The notes below the pieces were generated by a model that had not been told where the DNA came from, ran no database searches, and worked only from the letters and a program-made list of their open reading frames with translations. This document shows, piece after piece, positions 19,371 to 28,464 of a stretch of 64,000 nucleotides of DNA (position 1 is the first letter of the stretch; each line of letters starts with the position of its first letter). A program made the translations under genes and the position numbers. Source of the DNA: a virus; IMG/VR virus record IMGVR_UViG_3300049617_000306; one strand, written 5' to 3'.

Positions 19371-20157
19371 TGAGGCCCATGTGCTTCTTGAGGGTGTCGC
19401 CCACGATGGTCTTCCACCGGGCGGAGTTCTGCTCGGTCGTACCCAGCTTCTTCGCAAGCTCACCGTTGTGGGTGATCTTCGGGTAACCGTTGGTGCCGAA
19501 CACGTAGTTGAAGGTCGCGTGCAGGTGCGGCTTGTTCGGGAAGATCTCGGGCAGGATGTTCTGTGCCACCGCGATCTGCTGCTCCTCGAACTGCCGCCCA
19601 GTATGCTCGCCGCCGGAATAGTCGTAGTTCTCTCCGCCGGAGCGGCTCATGGGAACGTCGCGCTTGACCGCCTTGAGGACAGTGCTGATGCGCTTGGGGG
19701 TCTCGCCGAGGTGCTCGGACAGCTCGTTGACGGTGGGCTCTCTGCCGAGTTGTTCTCCGAGCTCCGACTGCGCGCGCTGCAGGGCGCCGATGAGCCCACT
19801 CTGTCCCTCGGGGATGTAGGCCACGTTCTGGTAGCGGTTGTTGTACCGCATGGCCTTCCGCAGGCGGTTCTCCACGTGGGTGTTGATGGCAGCCCCGCGA
19901 TTCGGGTCATACACCTCGAGGGCATTGATGAGGTGCTTCTGCAGCTCCGCCTTGAACGCGCTCTCGGGCACGGTCTTGGCGCGGAACTGGCGCGCCTTCT
20001 GCGCTAGCACAGGCTCGTAGAGCTTGAGCAGCGGCTTGAGGTGTTCGGGCTTCTTGCCGTTGTCCATCCAGCGCTGCCAGAGATCGAGCTCGTTCTTCTT
20101 GCGCTTGGCCTTCTCGGCTTCCTTGGACTGCTTGTAGTCCTCGAGCGGGTCGGACAT
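19348..20157 (-). CDS. phage RNA polymerase sigma-70-family factor (FliA/SigB-like)
   Basis: Region 2 (LINALEVYDPNRGAAINTHV), region 3 (LGREPTVNELSEHLG), region-4-like HTH (ELAKKLG). Confidence 0.85.
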   Translation of the reverse strand: MSDPLEDYKQSKEAEKAKRKKNELDLWQRWMDNGKKPEHLKPLLKLYEPVLAQKARQFRAKTVPESAFKAELQKHLINALEVYDPNRGAAINTHVENRLRKAMRYNNRYQNVAYIPEGQSGLIGALQRAQSELGEQLGREPTVNELSEHLGETPKRISTVLKAVKRDVPMSRSGGENYDYSGGEHTGRQFEEQQIAVAQNILPEIFPNKPHLHATFNYVFGTNGYPKITHNGELAKKLGTTEQNSARWKTIVGDTLKKHMGLNAEEDKD

Positions 20158-20335
20158 AGATCACTCTCACGTATGGGGGTAGTAGCTGATGGTCTCGAAC
20201 GCAGCCCACGCAACGACACGGCTGTAAGCCATGCGTCTCTCGGTGTCCTCGATGAGCTCACGTGCGTCGGCCCCCCGTGCGTAGCGACAGAAGGCCTCGA
20301 TGCGCGGGTCTGCAGGCGCAGCGACGAGAAGCCGA

Positions 20336-20752
20336 CTACCGGTGCCCGACCACACGCATCACCTGGTCAGTGAGCGTAGGCTCGTCGACGCTCGCCGTCT
20401 TGTTCCGCTGCAGCAGGGGGGAGTGAGGGTTGCCCTCGCCAGCGTGCTCGAAAACCCGGCGCAGCAGGGCCTGCTCCGCCGGCGCCGTGGTCTTGCCTGC
20501 GTCGAGGATGCGGTCGAGCAGGTCGCCGCGGCCGTCCTGGGCCTCGCGGTGCACCGCCTCGCTGTAGACGTCAGGGTACCCGTCTTTGCCCTCGCGCGGC
20601 GTGTCCCCCCACTTCGCGTTGAGGGTGCCCGGGGCACGTCCCTCGGGGGGCATGCGCACGTGGGTGATGCCCTTCTGGGTCTCGTTTTCGTTGGTCTTGG
20701 GGGCGTCCGCAGCCTTGCCCAACATCGCCTGCTTCAGTGTGTCGACGCTCAT
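20336..20752 (-). CDS. putative virion protein with K-x-A motifs
   Basis: LGKAAD, NKTASV; TACAAT ends 6 nt before ATG. Confidence 0.6.
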   Translation of the reverse strand: MSVDTLKQAMLGKAADAPKTNENETQKGITHVRMPPEGRAPGTLNAKWGDTPREGKDGYPDVYSEAVHREAQDGRGDLLDRILDAGKTTAPAEQALLRRVFEHAGEGNPHSPLLQRNKTASVDEPTLTDQVMRVVGHR

Positions 20753-20794
20753 GCCGGCATTGTACTCCTCAACGCGCCCTCACGGTAAATGCGC

Positions 20795-21163
20795 TCATCC
20801 TCCGCGCAGCGCACGGCCGAATGCGCCGAGCGGTGCCCTGAACTGTTCGAGCTCGGACTCGACCTGCTTGCGCCTGTCCTGCTCCTGCGCCACCTGCCGC
20901 TCGAGGATGATGTTCCTCTCCTTGGCTGCCTTGAGCTCCGCACGCATGACGTCGATGACCTCGACGTGGAAGTCGGGCACCGTGTGGATGCGGAATCCCT
21001 CCTTGAACTTCTTCTCGACCTCCTGCCAGAGCTCATCGTCGTTGACTGCGCAGTCGAGACTGAGCTTCACGCGGTACTTTTCGTCGCCCTGCGACGCACC
21101 CAACGAAGAGTTCACCAGCCAGAACGTCACACCCGGTACTTGTTCTTCGTGCTCATCAGACAC
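20795..21163 (-). CDS. coiled-coil hypothetical protein
   Basis: ORF track, GGAGG SD. Confidence 0.65.
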   Translation of the reverse strand: MSDEHEEQVPGVTFWLVNSSLGASQGDEKYRVKLSLDCAVNDDELWQEVEKKFKEGFRIHTVPDFHVEVIDVMRAELKAAKERNIILERQVAQEQDRRKQVESELEQFRAPLGAFGRALRGG

Positions 21164-21752
21164 CGGTCACCTCCACGAGTTGTTCTGCCGCCTGAACCAT
21201 CTCGTCACCCGTCTTCTTCTGATCTACGAGCACCTCTACGAACAGGTGGCCTACTTCTGCCGCTGCGTCCGGGGTGTTCTTTTCGCAGAAGACCCTGGCC
21301 TCAGCGAGCAGATTGCGAAGGCTCTTGAGCGCGCTACGCCGCCTGTGTAGTGACTCCTGCCAGAACTTACCAAGCCCAAGAGTGTCAGGATCCTGGACCA
21401 TCCTATGCTCGGCGATGTCGACGTTGACCGCCTCCTCGATGGCGAAGATGGCGCTGCTCATCGCTTGTAGCTGGCGCGAGTCGACGTTGCGTCGGTCAAG
21501 GATGCGACCGGCGCTGTTGGGCAGCTCGATCGATCCCAGCACATCGTCACACGTGAAGTAGCAGCACCACGACACACGCCGCAGCGTTGTCGCCGCCGAC
21601 TGGTCACCAGCCGCACTCTTCTCTGCAGCTGCATGAACACGCTCGCGCAGATCTTGAGCTAGGTTACTTGAGTAGCGAAGACGCAGCTTTGCCTCAAGCG
21701 CCGCGACGCAGCCGAATGCGACCGGGTCGTGGCGCTGCGAAGGTGCCTTCAT
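21156..21752 (-). CDS. hypothetical protein
   Basis: AGGAG SD; variant motif GGGAAAAG upstream. Confidence 0.6.
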   Translation of the reverse strand: MKAPSQRHDPVAFGCVAALEAKLRLRYSSNLAQDLRERVHAAAEKSAAGDQSAATTLRRVSWCCYFTCDDVLGSIELPNSAGRILDRRNVDSRQLQAMSSAIFAIEEAVNVDIAEHRMVQDPDTLGLGKFWQESLHRRRSALKSLRNLLAEARVFCEKNTPDAAAEVGHLFVEVLVDQKKTGDEMVQAAEQLVEVTGV

Positions 21753-21839
21753 GGGAATCTCCTAGAGGAAGAACTCCTCCCAAGGTTCTTTTCCCTCTTT
21801 CATGCCGTTCTTTGGCGCGCTTGGTGTATAGCTCCGAGG

Positions 21840-22004
21840 ATGATCAACATCCTTCTCGCCCTGCTCATCTGCATCATCGGCGCGTTTCTCTACCTGGCCG
21901 CGTCGAACCCGAAGGTAGCCCAGCTCGGTCTCTGGGCCTTCGCCGTGGGCCTCTTCTGGACGCTAGCCGAGGTGCCACACCACGTGACGCACCTGTTCGA
22001 CTAG
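21840..22004 (+). CDS. small two-TM membrane protein
   Basis: MINILLALLICIIGAFLYLAA...LGLWAFAVGLFWTL. Confidence 0.65.
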   Translation: MINILLALLICIIGAFLYLAASNPKVAQLGLWAFAVGLFWTLAEVPHHVTHLFD

Positions 22005-23461
22005 AGCTTCAGGTCGGGCTGCACGTAGCCGCCGATGCCACTCTTCTGAGCGCCGGGGATCGCGGAGCCGAAGCGAGCCCCCCTCGGCTTCACCTGGTCA
22101 GCGATGGAAGGGCCCGGCGGCGGTGCCACCTTGGGCGCCCCGACGCTCTGCGTCTTGGACAGCTGGCCCGCGGGAGTGATGCCTGCCATGCCCTGCTTCT
22201 GGATGCCGCGGTCGAGGCGGGGGGAACGAAAGGGCGGGATGTCGCTGACCCCGTTGCGCGGGCCGGCCCCACCGAAGGTGCCCCCGTTCCATGACGACGC
22301 GGGTGAGACATCGGCCTGCTTACGCAGGTCCCGCACGTAGAAGGCCAGCTGCTCGGTAGTGATGGAGGACAGCTTGGCGGGCTTGAAGTCGTTGCTGTCG
22401 GTGGTCACACCGTCGGGCATCCCGGCCGCGGACTTGCCGCTGTTCTCTAGCGGTATGGACGCCCCAGAGGGGTTCTTGCTCACGGGCATGCTGGTCTCGC
22501 CGCTGTTCTTCTGGATGCCGCGCTCGAGCTGAGGCTGACGCCAGCCCGGCAGGTCGCTGGCCATCATGAAGTTACCGCGTGTGGGCGCACTGGCCGCGGC
22601 CTTGGCCATCTCGCGCTCCTTCTTCTTCTTGCGGTCCATGTGGGAAGTCAGCTTGTCGATGCCCGCGCCCGCGCCCACGATGGCCAACGGTATACCGGCG
22701 CCGACGGCGGCCACGCGCACAGGCCGTGGCAGCTTCTTCAGCCGGCCCACCTGCGCCTTCACGAAGTCATGCGTGCGACTGGTCTTCTTCTTGTCGCGCA
22801 AGAACTTGATGCGGTCGGCGTTCTCGCGCATCTCCTTGCTGACGTTCTCGCCCTGACCAGCACGACGGTCGAAGCTCGCGTGCTGCACAGCGCGGCGTTT
22901 GAGCTCCGCGTGCTCTTCGCGGCTGAGCGCAGCCACCTTGTCGAGCAGGTCGAGCAACATCGCGTCCATGCCTGCCTTCACGAGATCTCCGCCGCTGGGT
23001 CCGACCATGGGGGTCACCGCTCCACTGTTCTTCTGAATGCCTCGCCGCAGCTGCGGCATGCGAAACGGGGGCAGGTCACTCGCTCCGCTGCGGATGTCCG
23101 GGTTCATGGGGCCCGAGAACTCGTTGATGGCGAAGCCGAGCTTCGGCAGCGGTGAGAGGTAGTCTAGCCCCTTCTCGAGACCTCGTTTGGCCGCCATGGC
23201 CACGAGGCTGGCACCGGGGAGTAGAACGGGCACAGCAAGGGCGGCCTCGGGATGGTCGAGCAGAAACCCCGCGGGCTTGCGCAGCACGCCTGGCAGGGCC
23301 GGCAGCTTGTCCTTGAGCGGGGCCAGGAGGTTGTTGCCCTTGTGCTGGATGCCCGCGAGCTGCGCCGGCGACGCCTTCGGCAGAACCCAGCGAGGCGTGC
23401 CAGGGATGTCCTGCCGTGCGATGCGCGCGATCTGTCCGAGCAGAGCGACCTTGTCCATCAC
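22001..23461 (-). CDS. modular putative internal head protein with three SD(L/I)P..R.P.L.RGIQK repeats
   Basis: Repeats and many K-x-[AGS] motifs visible in the translation. Confidence 0.6.
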   Translation of the reverse strand: MMDKVALLGQIARIARQDIPGTPRWVLPKASPAQLAGIQHKGNNLLAPLKDKLPALPGVLRKPAGFLLDHPEAALAVPVLLPGASLVAMAAKRGLEKGLDYLSPLPKLGFAINEFSGPMNPDIRSGASDLPPFRMPQLRRGIQKNSGAVTPMVGPSGGDLVKAGMDAMLLDLLDKVAALSREEHAELKRRAVQHASFDRRAGQGENVSKEMRENADRIKFLRDKKKTSRTHDFVKAQVGRLKKLPRPVRVAAVGAGIPLAIVGAGAGIDKLTSHMDRKKKKEREMAKAAASAPTRGNFMMASDLPGWRQPQLERGIQKNSGETSMPVSKNPSGASIPLENSGKSAAGMPDGVTTDSNDFKPAKLSSITTEQLAFYVRDLRKQADVSPASSWNGGTFGGAGPRNGVSDIPPFRSPRLDRGIQKQGMAGITPAGQLSKTQSVGAPKVAPPPGPSIADQVKPRGARFGSAIPGAQKSGIGGYVQPDLKL

Positions 23462-24093
23462 CAGTTCTTTCCGCTGCGGTCCTTGGGAGGCGCGTCTTTC
23501 TTCTCAGCAGGAGCGGTCGGCTTGCTCCAACTCCCTTCGACCTTGTCCTCGAGCACCGAGAGCTGACGACGCATGCGCGGGAGCTTGGCCGCGTCGCGCT
23601 CGGCCAGCTCTGCGCGCTGGTTGTCGAGCTCATTGAGGGCGATGAGACGCTTGTGCTTGTCGAGGTAGCCAGTGCCGATGCCGCCCAGCGCCCCTGCCGC
23701 CATGTTCGCGGCAAAGTGGGGTATCTGCTTCTTCGAGTTCGGCCCGTACATCATCTGCATTGTAGGAAGCACGGGAACGCCCTTGGCAGCCATGTTCTGC
23801 ATCGAGGTGAGCTGCGTCGGCTGCTTCTTGCCAGAGAGGTGCTTGCTCTGCTCCTTGCGGTAGTTGCCAAGCAGCGCCGCCGGTGCCACCACTTGGGCAG
23901 GCATGTGCAGCGCGTCCTGGGCGGCGATGGACGTGAGCGTCTTGCCCGAGCCCAAGCCATGGATGGCAACAAGACCGGGCTGATCGTCCTGCTGCAGACG
24001 GTCGACGACCCGCTGCTGGTGAGGCAGCAGGGGTGTCTTGATGTCGGCGATCTTCTCGAGCTCGTCGACGAAAGCCTGCAGTAAAGCGCTCAT
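23458..24093 (-). CDS. truncated SF2 helicase N-terminus with AFVDELEKIA leader
   Basis: LLPHQQ (Q motif), HGLGSGKT, VVAPAAL; no DExH or HelicC domain. Confidence 0.65.
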   Translation of the reverse strand: MSALLQAFVDELEKIADIKTPLLPHQQRVVDRLQQDDQPGLVAIHGLGSGKTLTSIAAQDALHMPAQVVAPAALLGNYRKEQSKHLSGKKQPTQLTSMQNMAAKGVPVLPTMQMMYGPNSKKQIPHFAANMAAGALGGIGTGYLDKHKRLIALNELDNQRAELAERDAAKLPRMRRQLSVLEDKVEGSWSKPTAPAEKKDAPPKDRSGKNW

Positions 24094-24725
24094 GCGATGC
24101 CTACCGCGTTCTTGCGGAGCATCGTAACACGTGCGGCCCGCCAATCCGCAGGCGCCTTCGCCGCAGATGCAACCGCCGGAGCTGCCTTGCCGAAGCGACT
24201 CGCAGCCTCGACCGCGGAGTGCGGGAAGAGCTCGGGGGTGCCGGGGATGGGCGTGGTGAGCGCCTTCTTCGCGCTCTGTGCGATGTCACCCAGTACGCCG
24301 GCCTCCTTCATCTCCTCGAGCTCGCTGACGAAGCCGGCCATGCCGTACTTCCCGAGCGCGGGGGCGTGCGAGAGCATCCCAGGCACCATGAAGGAACCGT
24401 CGCGCTTGAAGAGACCCGCGAGCCACTCGTCGTTCGTCTGAGCGTGCGCAGGGCGACCGTCGAGGCCGAAGTCGATGCGCATGCCCGCGGTCTTGTTCTC
24501 CATCTTCCTGCTCTTCAGGTGGCCTGGGTTGGAGGCTTTCACATCGTCCTTGGGGGTGTCGAACTTCGCCTTCGCAACGCGCTTGCCCTCGGCGGTGCCG
24601 TAGCCCTTGGGGCCCTTGCCCAGGGCGTGCATCTGCTGCGTAGCGATGGCGAACGCCTCGTTCTTGGGCATCGCCGGGTTCTTCGCGAGGATGTGCTCGG
24701 CCCGGTTGTGCATCCACTCAGGCAT
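24090..24725 (-). CDS. putative internal head protein (K-x-A family)
   Basis: NKTAG, GFVSELEEMKEAG. Confidence 0.6.
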   Translation of the reverse strand: MPEWMHNRAEHILAKNPAMPKNEAFAIATQQMHALGKGPKGYGTAEGKRVAKAKFDTPKDDVKASNPGHLKSRKMENKTAGMRIDFGLDGRPAHAQTNDEWLAGLFKRDGSFMVPGMLSHAPALGKYGMAGFVSELEEMKEAGVLGDIAQSAKKALTTPIPGTPELFPHSAVEAASRFGKAAPAVASAAKAPADWRAARVTMLRKNAVGIA

Positions 24726-24737
24726 GACCTGCTCCCC

Positions 24738-25097
24738 CTACGGCGTCTTCGCCGCTGCCGCCTTGGCGTCTTCGAGGGCAGCCTCGAGGATGCGCACGTC
24801 CTGCTCGAGCTTGTCGAGCCGTAGCGTGAGCTGGATGATGGCGCTCGTAGCCTTGCTCACGTCCGCGCCCTGCGCGGCGATCTGCAGGTGCAGACCGCGC
24901 ACGTCATGCACGAGCAGGTCGACCAGGGTGGTCAGCCTGTTGAGCGGGTCCAGCACCCGCTTCTCGTGCTCCTGCAGCATGTTCTTGACCAGGGAAGCGA
25001 AGAAGCGGGCCTTGTCCACATCGTGGTCTGGCTCCGGCAGGAAGTCTTGCGGGGGCGGTGGCATGGTCGGAATCTCGACGGTCGGGTCATCCGGCAT
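24738..25097 (-). CDS. coiled-coil hypothetical protein
   Basis: GAGG SD before MPDDPT. Confidence 0.6.
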   Translation of the reverse strand: MPDDPTVEIPTMPPPPQDFLPEPDHDVDKARFFASLVKNMLQEHEKRVLDPLNRLTTLVDLLVHDVRGLHLQIAAQGADVSKATSAIIQLTLRLDKLEQDVRILEAALEDAKAAAAKTP

Positions 25098-25719
25098 AGA
25101 CAGTCCCTCGGTGTGGAGCAATCGTGGCCGCGTGCTGCGTGGCCGCAGTGATGTTGGGACTGACGTGAAGCGTCCTGCCGAAGTCGCCGCTGCCGATAAC
25201 GGGAGCGCGACCAGCCTTGGGTATGAGGGGCATCTTCTTCAGCGCCCCTGCCATGGCCGAGGGGGGAGGAATGGCGAACGTACCCATCGCCCCGATCTTG
25301 AGCCGGCCGATGGTGGCAATCTTGCCACCGCTCTCGAAGGGAGGCGCGTGGGTTGCCGGGGCGGGATTCGAGGCGTACTCGCCGACATGCTCCTGCTGCA
25401 TGTACTTGCGCAGGCGTCCGACCTCCGCGTGCTGGTCGAGCCCTCTGCGCACCAAGGGGACGGCCCCCATGCCGATAGCCCCTGACGCGGCCGCGCCGAG
25501 AGCGCCGCGCGCGGTCGGCAGCCTGCCGTGTTCGATGGAGTGACTGACGGCCTTGCCGAGGACACCAGCGCCGGCGCCGAGGACACCGTAGCGAGCAACC
25601 TGTCCAGCCGTGGGCCTCTCCTTCTCGAGAGACTCGAGCCGGTCGACAGCACGTGACGCCTCCTCGTGGGAAACGAAACCGAGCTTCACCAGCTCGTCCA
25701 GCGTACTGAGAAAGTTCAC
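25087..25719 (-). CDS. putative internal head protein with glycine-zipper segments
   Basis: N-terminal FLSTLDELVKLG; GxxxG helices. Confidence 0.6.
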   Translation of the reverse strand: MNFLSTLDELVKLGFVSHEEASRAVDRLESLEKERPTAGQVARYGVLGAGAGVLGKAVSHSIEHGRLPTARGALGAAASGAIGMGAVPLVRRGLDQHAEVGRLRKYMQQEHVGEYASNPAPATHAPPFESGGKIATIGRLKIGAMGTFAIPPPSAMAGALKKMPLIPKAGRAPVIGSGDFGRTLHVSPNITAATQHAATIAPHRGTVYAG

Positions 25720-27028
25720 GGCGCAATCCTGTGCTTCAAGAGCTCGGCTGTCGGAGACCCGGCAAGGATGCCGAGGCCCGCGAGCTCGGACAAGGGTTTG
25801 GCCACGTGCGGAAGCACAGTGCGCTTCTCCACGCCGTCTTTGCTGTAGTCACCCGCGAGTGCCGCGCGCGCGTGGGCCTGCGCCTCGTCGACGCTGGGGG
25901 CTGCTAGCACTCCGAGACCAGTGAGTTCTGCCGCGTGCGCACCGGCAGAACTCGTCAGCCTTTTCCCAGGCTGCCCAGCATCCCCGCCGTCTTGGTACGG
26001 TCGAAGCCAAGCTGCGCCACGAGCTCCTCGCTGAACGCGGCGATGCTAGCTTCCTTAGGCGACGACTTGGGCACGCTCTTGCCAATGCGACCCATGAGAC
26101 CCGGCGTGCCGCCCTGCTCGTGCGAAGACGGCGTCAGGGCGCCGCCCCATGGATTCCAGGCATTGTGGCCCTGCTCGTGCTTTTTGGCCGCATACTCGAG
26201 GTGCCTGGCGTGCAGATCTTGCCGCCCGCCGTACTGTCCGAAAAGCCCATCGGGCGAAGGAATGGGACTACCCATGTTGAAGCGCAAGATTCCACCGGCA
26301 GTCGAGGGATTCTTGCCTTCCTCGTCGATGTGACCCAGGCCCTTGTACTTCTGCTGCAGCGCGGCCAGCTCCGCCGCCTGACGCGCCATGAGGTGGTACG
26401 CCTCAGCGTCGTGCTTGTGACCCTCCTCGGTAACAGCGAAGGCCTTCTTCTCCGCCTTGTAGGCCTTCTCGCGCTCAGTCGGTGTGAGGAAGCCCCCAAG
26501 CGGGTTCCAGGCGTTGTGCCCTTGCTCGTGCTTCTTGGCCGCGTAGTTGAACTCCCTCTCGCTCAGCATGTCTGCGAAGCCAGAGAGATGCCCTGTACCC
26601 TTGAGGGTAGGCGTAGGAATCACGCTGGACAGAAGACCTCTGACTTCCAGACCCGTGGACAACGCGCGGTGTTTCGGCCGCTCTTGAGCGTACTCGTCAC
26701 GTGCCTCCCTGCGCTTGCCGTACATGTCGCGCTGCGCTCCGTAAGCCTTGGCGTCGAACTTGTGCCCGGCGTCGGTGACAGCGAAGGCATCCTTCTCCAG
26801 CGAGATCTGCTCGAGCTCATCGAGGAAGGCAGCCTTCAGCAGCTCGAGGGACGCGCCCTTGAGCAGCCCGCCCATCACGTTGGGCGTGCCCTTGGTAGCG
26901 AGGTGCTGCTTCATGCCGCCGAAGAGCGCCTCCCCTGCTTCGCTGAGGGGCTTGGCCACGGTCTTGGCTGCCGCCGGCAGGGGAGGGGGAAGGCCGGCGA
27001 GCTTGTCGTTGGTAGCTGCGGTGTTCAT
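25716..27028 (-). CDS. putative internal head protein with tandem domain duplication; C-terminal extension (25716-25961) in the -1 frame
   Basis: Two copies of K.AFAVT..GHK.DA.AY...YAAKKHEQGHNAWNP.GG.LTP; G GGA AAA slippery site just before the stop at 25955. Confidence 0.6.
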
Positions 27029-27038
27029 CGAGCACTCC

Positions 27039-27671
27039 TCACGAATGTTCTGCGGCGATGTTGCTGGCCCCGATGTCGCTCGAGTGCTGGGCCAGACCAG
27101 TCACTGTCGTAGCGTTGTTTCGCTGATCGTACGCGTCGACCTTGTTGATGTCGTCCGTGCGCGTGGGTGTGTCACCCCGCTTGGGACGCTTGGCCCCGGG
27201 GTCGGTCGTGATGGCGACCGGGCGCAGGCGCGTGGCCGGCTGCTCGATGCGTCCGTTGGGCTCACCGACGTCCATATTCGCCTGGGTGGGCCCGTCACCG
27301 GGCTGCCGGGGCTTACTGTTGCCCGCGCGCATGTCCTCACCCGAGGTGAAGGGCTGGGTAGTATCGGTCAAGCGGTAGCCGGTCTTCTCCTGCTCCGGGA
27401 TGTTCGCCCCGCGAGTAGGCACCTCGACTTGGCACTTCGGGGGCTTAGCCGCACCCGGGTCATCGACGCTGTCACCCCGCACGTCCTGGGGGTTGCCCTG
27501 CGAGTCGGCCTTCTTGAACAGCGTGCCCTTCTTGTCCTTTTCGAGCAGGGTGCTGACGCTGATGGGCCGTCGACCGACGCGTCCCTTCGACACGTGCATG
27601 CGCCCGTGAGCTGCCGAGATCTTCTCGAGCTCGTCAGCGAAAGCTATCAGGGCCGCGGCGTGCATGGGCAC
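27039..27671 (-). CDS. putative internal head protein (AFADELEKIS leader)
   Basis: TACACT ends 6 nt before GTG; motif family member. Confidence 0.6.
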   Translation of the reverse strand: MPMHAAALIAFADELEKISAAHGRMHVSKGRVGRRPISVSTLLEKDKKGTLFKKADSQGNPQDVRGDSVDDPGAAKPPKCQVEVPTRGANIPEQEKTGYRLTDTTQPFTSGEDMRAGNSKPRQPGDGPTQANMDVGEPNGRIEQPATRLRPVAITTDPGAKRPKRGDTPTRTDDINKVDAYDQRNNATTVTGLAQHSSDIGASNIAAEHS

Positions 27672-27709
27672 CATCAGAGTGTACCAGGGCCAACTTCTGC
27701 AGGGAATCC

Positions 27710-27717
27710 GGGATAAG
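27710..27717 (+). promoter_or_regulatory. GGGATAAG motif
   Basis: Upstream of GGAGG SD and ATG 27736. Confidence 0.65.
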
Positions 27718-27735
27718 AGCGGTGGAGGACTCACC

Positions 27736-28041
27736 ATGCCGAAAAAGCCAACCAAGAAGACGTGTGCGCAGTGCGACAAGACCGAGCACGAGCTGTGGGA
27801 CTACTTCACGGTGCCAGGCAGTTGCCAACGACTCTACTACTGCAGCGACGACTGCATGCGCCTGCTGCACAACCGCTTGTTCCAGACGGAGGAACGGCGC
27901 ACAGACGGCGGACTGCCGGTGGTCAAGATGACGCCCGAGGAGTTCAACAAGCTCCCGCGGCATCAACGCCAGTTCAGCGTACCGACAGGCGGACCCGCTT
28001 CTTTCAGCACCCTGTCGATAGACCACAAGGCATGCAGGTAA
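27736..28041 (+). CDS. small Zn-binding (CxxC...YCSxxC, TRASH-like) protein
   Basis: CAQC...YYCSDDC. Confidence 0.6.
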   Translation: MPKKPTKKTCAQCDKTEHELWDYFTVPGSCQRLYYCSDDCMRLLHNRLFQTEERRTDGGLPVVKMTPEEFNKLPRHQRQFSVPTGGPASFSTLSIDHKACR

Positions 28042-28077
28042 GAAAAGGGCGGCACCCGTTGCCGCCCTTTTCTTAGC
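28039..28077 (+). terminator. 16-bp inverted repeat + TAGC
   Basis: TAAGAAAAGGGCGGCA-CCCGT-TGCCGCCCTTTTCTTA-GC. Confidence 0.8.
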
Positions 28078-28083
28078 CCCCGC

Positions 28084-28112
28084 TTGACACCAGGCTCGTC
28101 GACTCTTACCAG
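28084..28112 (+). promoter_or_regulatory. sigma70-like promoter, leaderless start predicted at ATG 28119
   Basis: TTGACA-17 nt-TACCAG; the A of ATG is the 7th nt downstream. Confidence 0.6.
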
Positions 28113-28118
28113 TGGGGC

Positions 28119-28458
28119 ATGAACTCGTCGCTATAGTGCAGTTCCGGTCGAGGTCAGCCCTCTCTACCACTACGTGGTCATCAGGGCTGACTTCCCGAAG
28201 GGTGCGAACATCGTGCACGCAGCCGGGGAATCGAGCCCCGGCAACCTCCCTCGAGGCACCTATGCCGTGTGCCTGGTCGTGCCCGGGGAGAAGGAACTCT
28301 GGGAGCTCGAGCAGCGCCTGCGCAAGGCCGGGCTGCGGTTCGTGAGCATCGTCGAAAGCGACGCCCCTTACACGGGGCAGCTGATGGCGCTGGGCTTCGC
28401 GCCCGCCGGGAAGGAGGTGTTGCGACTGTACTTGTCGCCGCTGCCCCTGTACCGGTAA
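28119..28458 (+). CDS. Pth2-family peptidyl-tRNA hydrolase-like protein, probably expressed via a +1 frameshift at CTA-TAG
   Basis: YVVIRAD...G...HAA...LVVPGEKELWEL..L..AG....E.D.....ALG..P......L..LPL. The first beta-strand residues (LYHY) lie upstream of the first in-frame start (GTG 28174), which has no SD. Confidence 0.75.
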
Positions 28459-28464
28459 AACAAC

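Noticed and set aside
28112-28345. 77-aa ORF overlapping the Pth gene
   Set aside because: Poor codon bias and no recognisable motif; the Pth2 frame explains the region.
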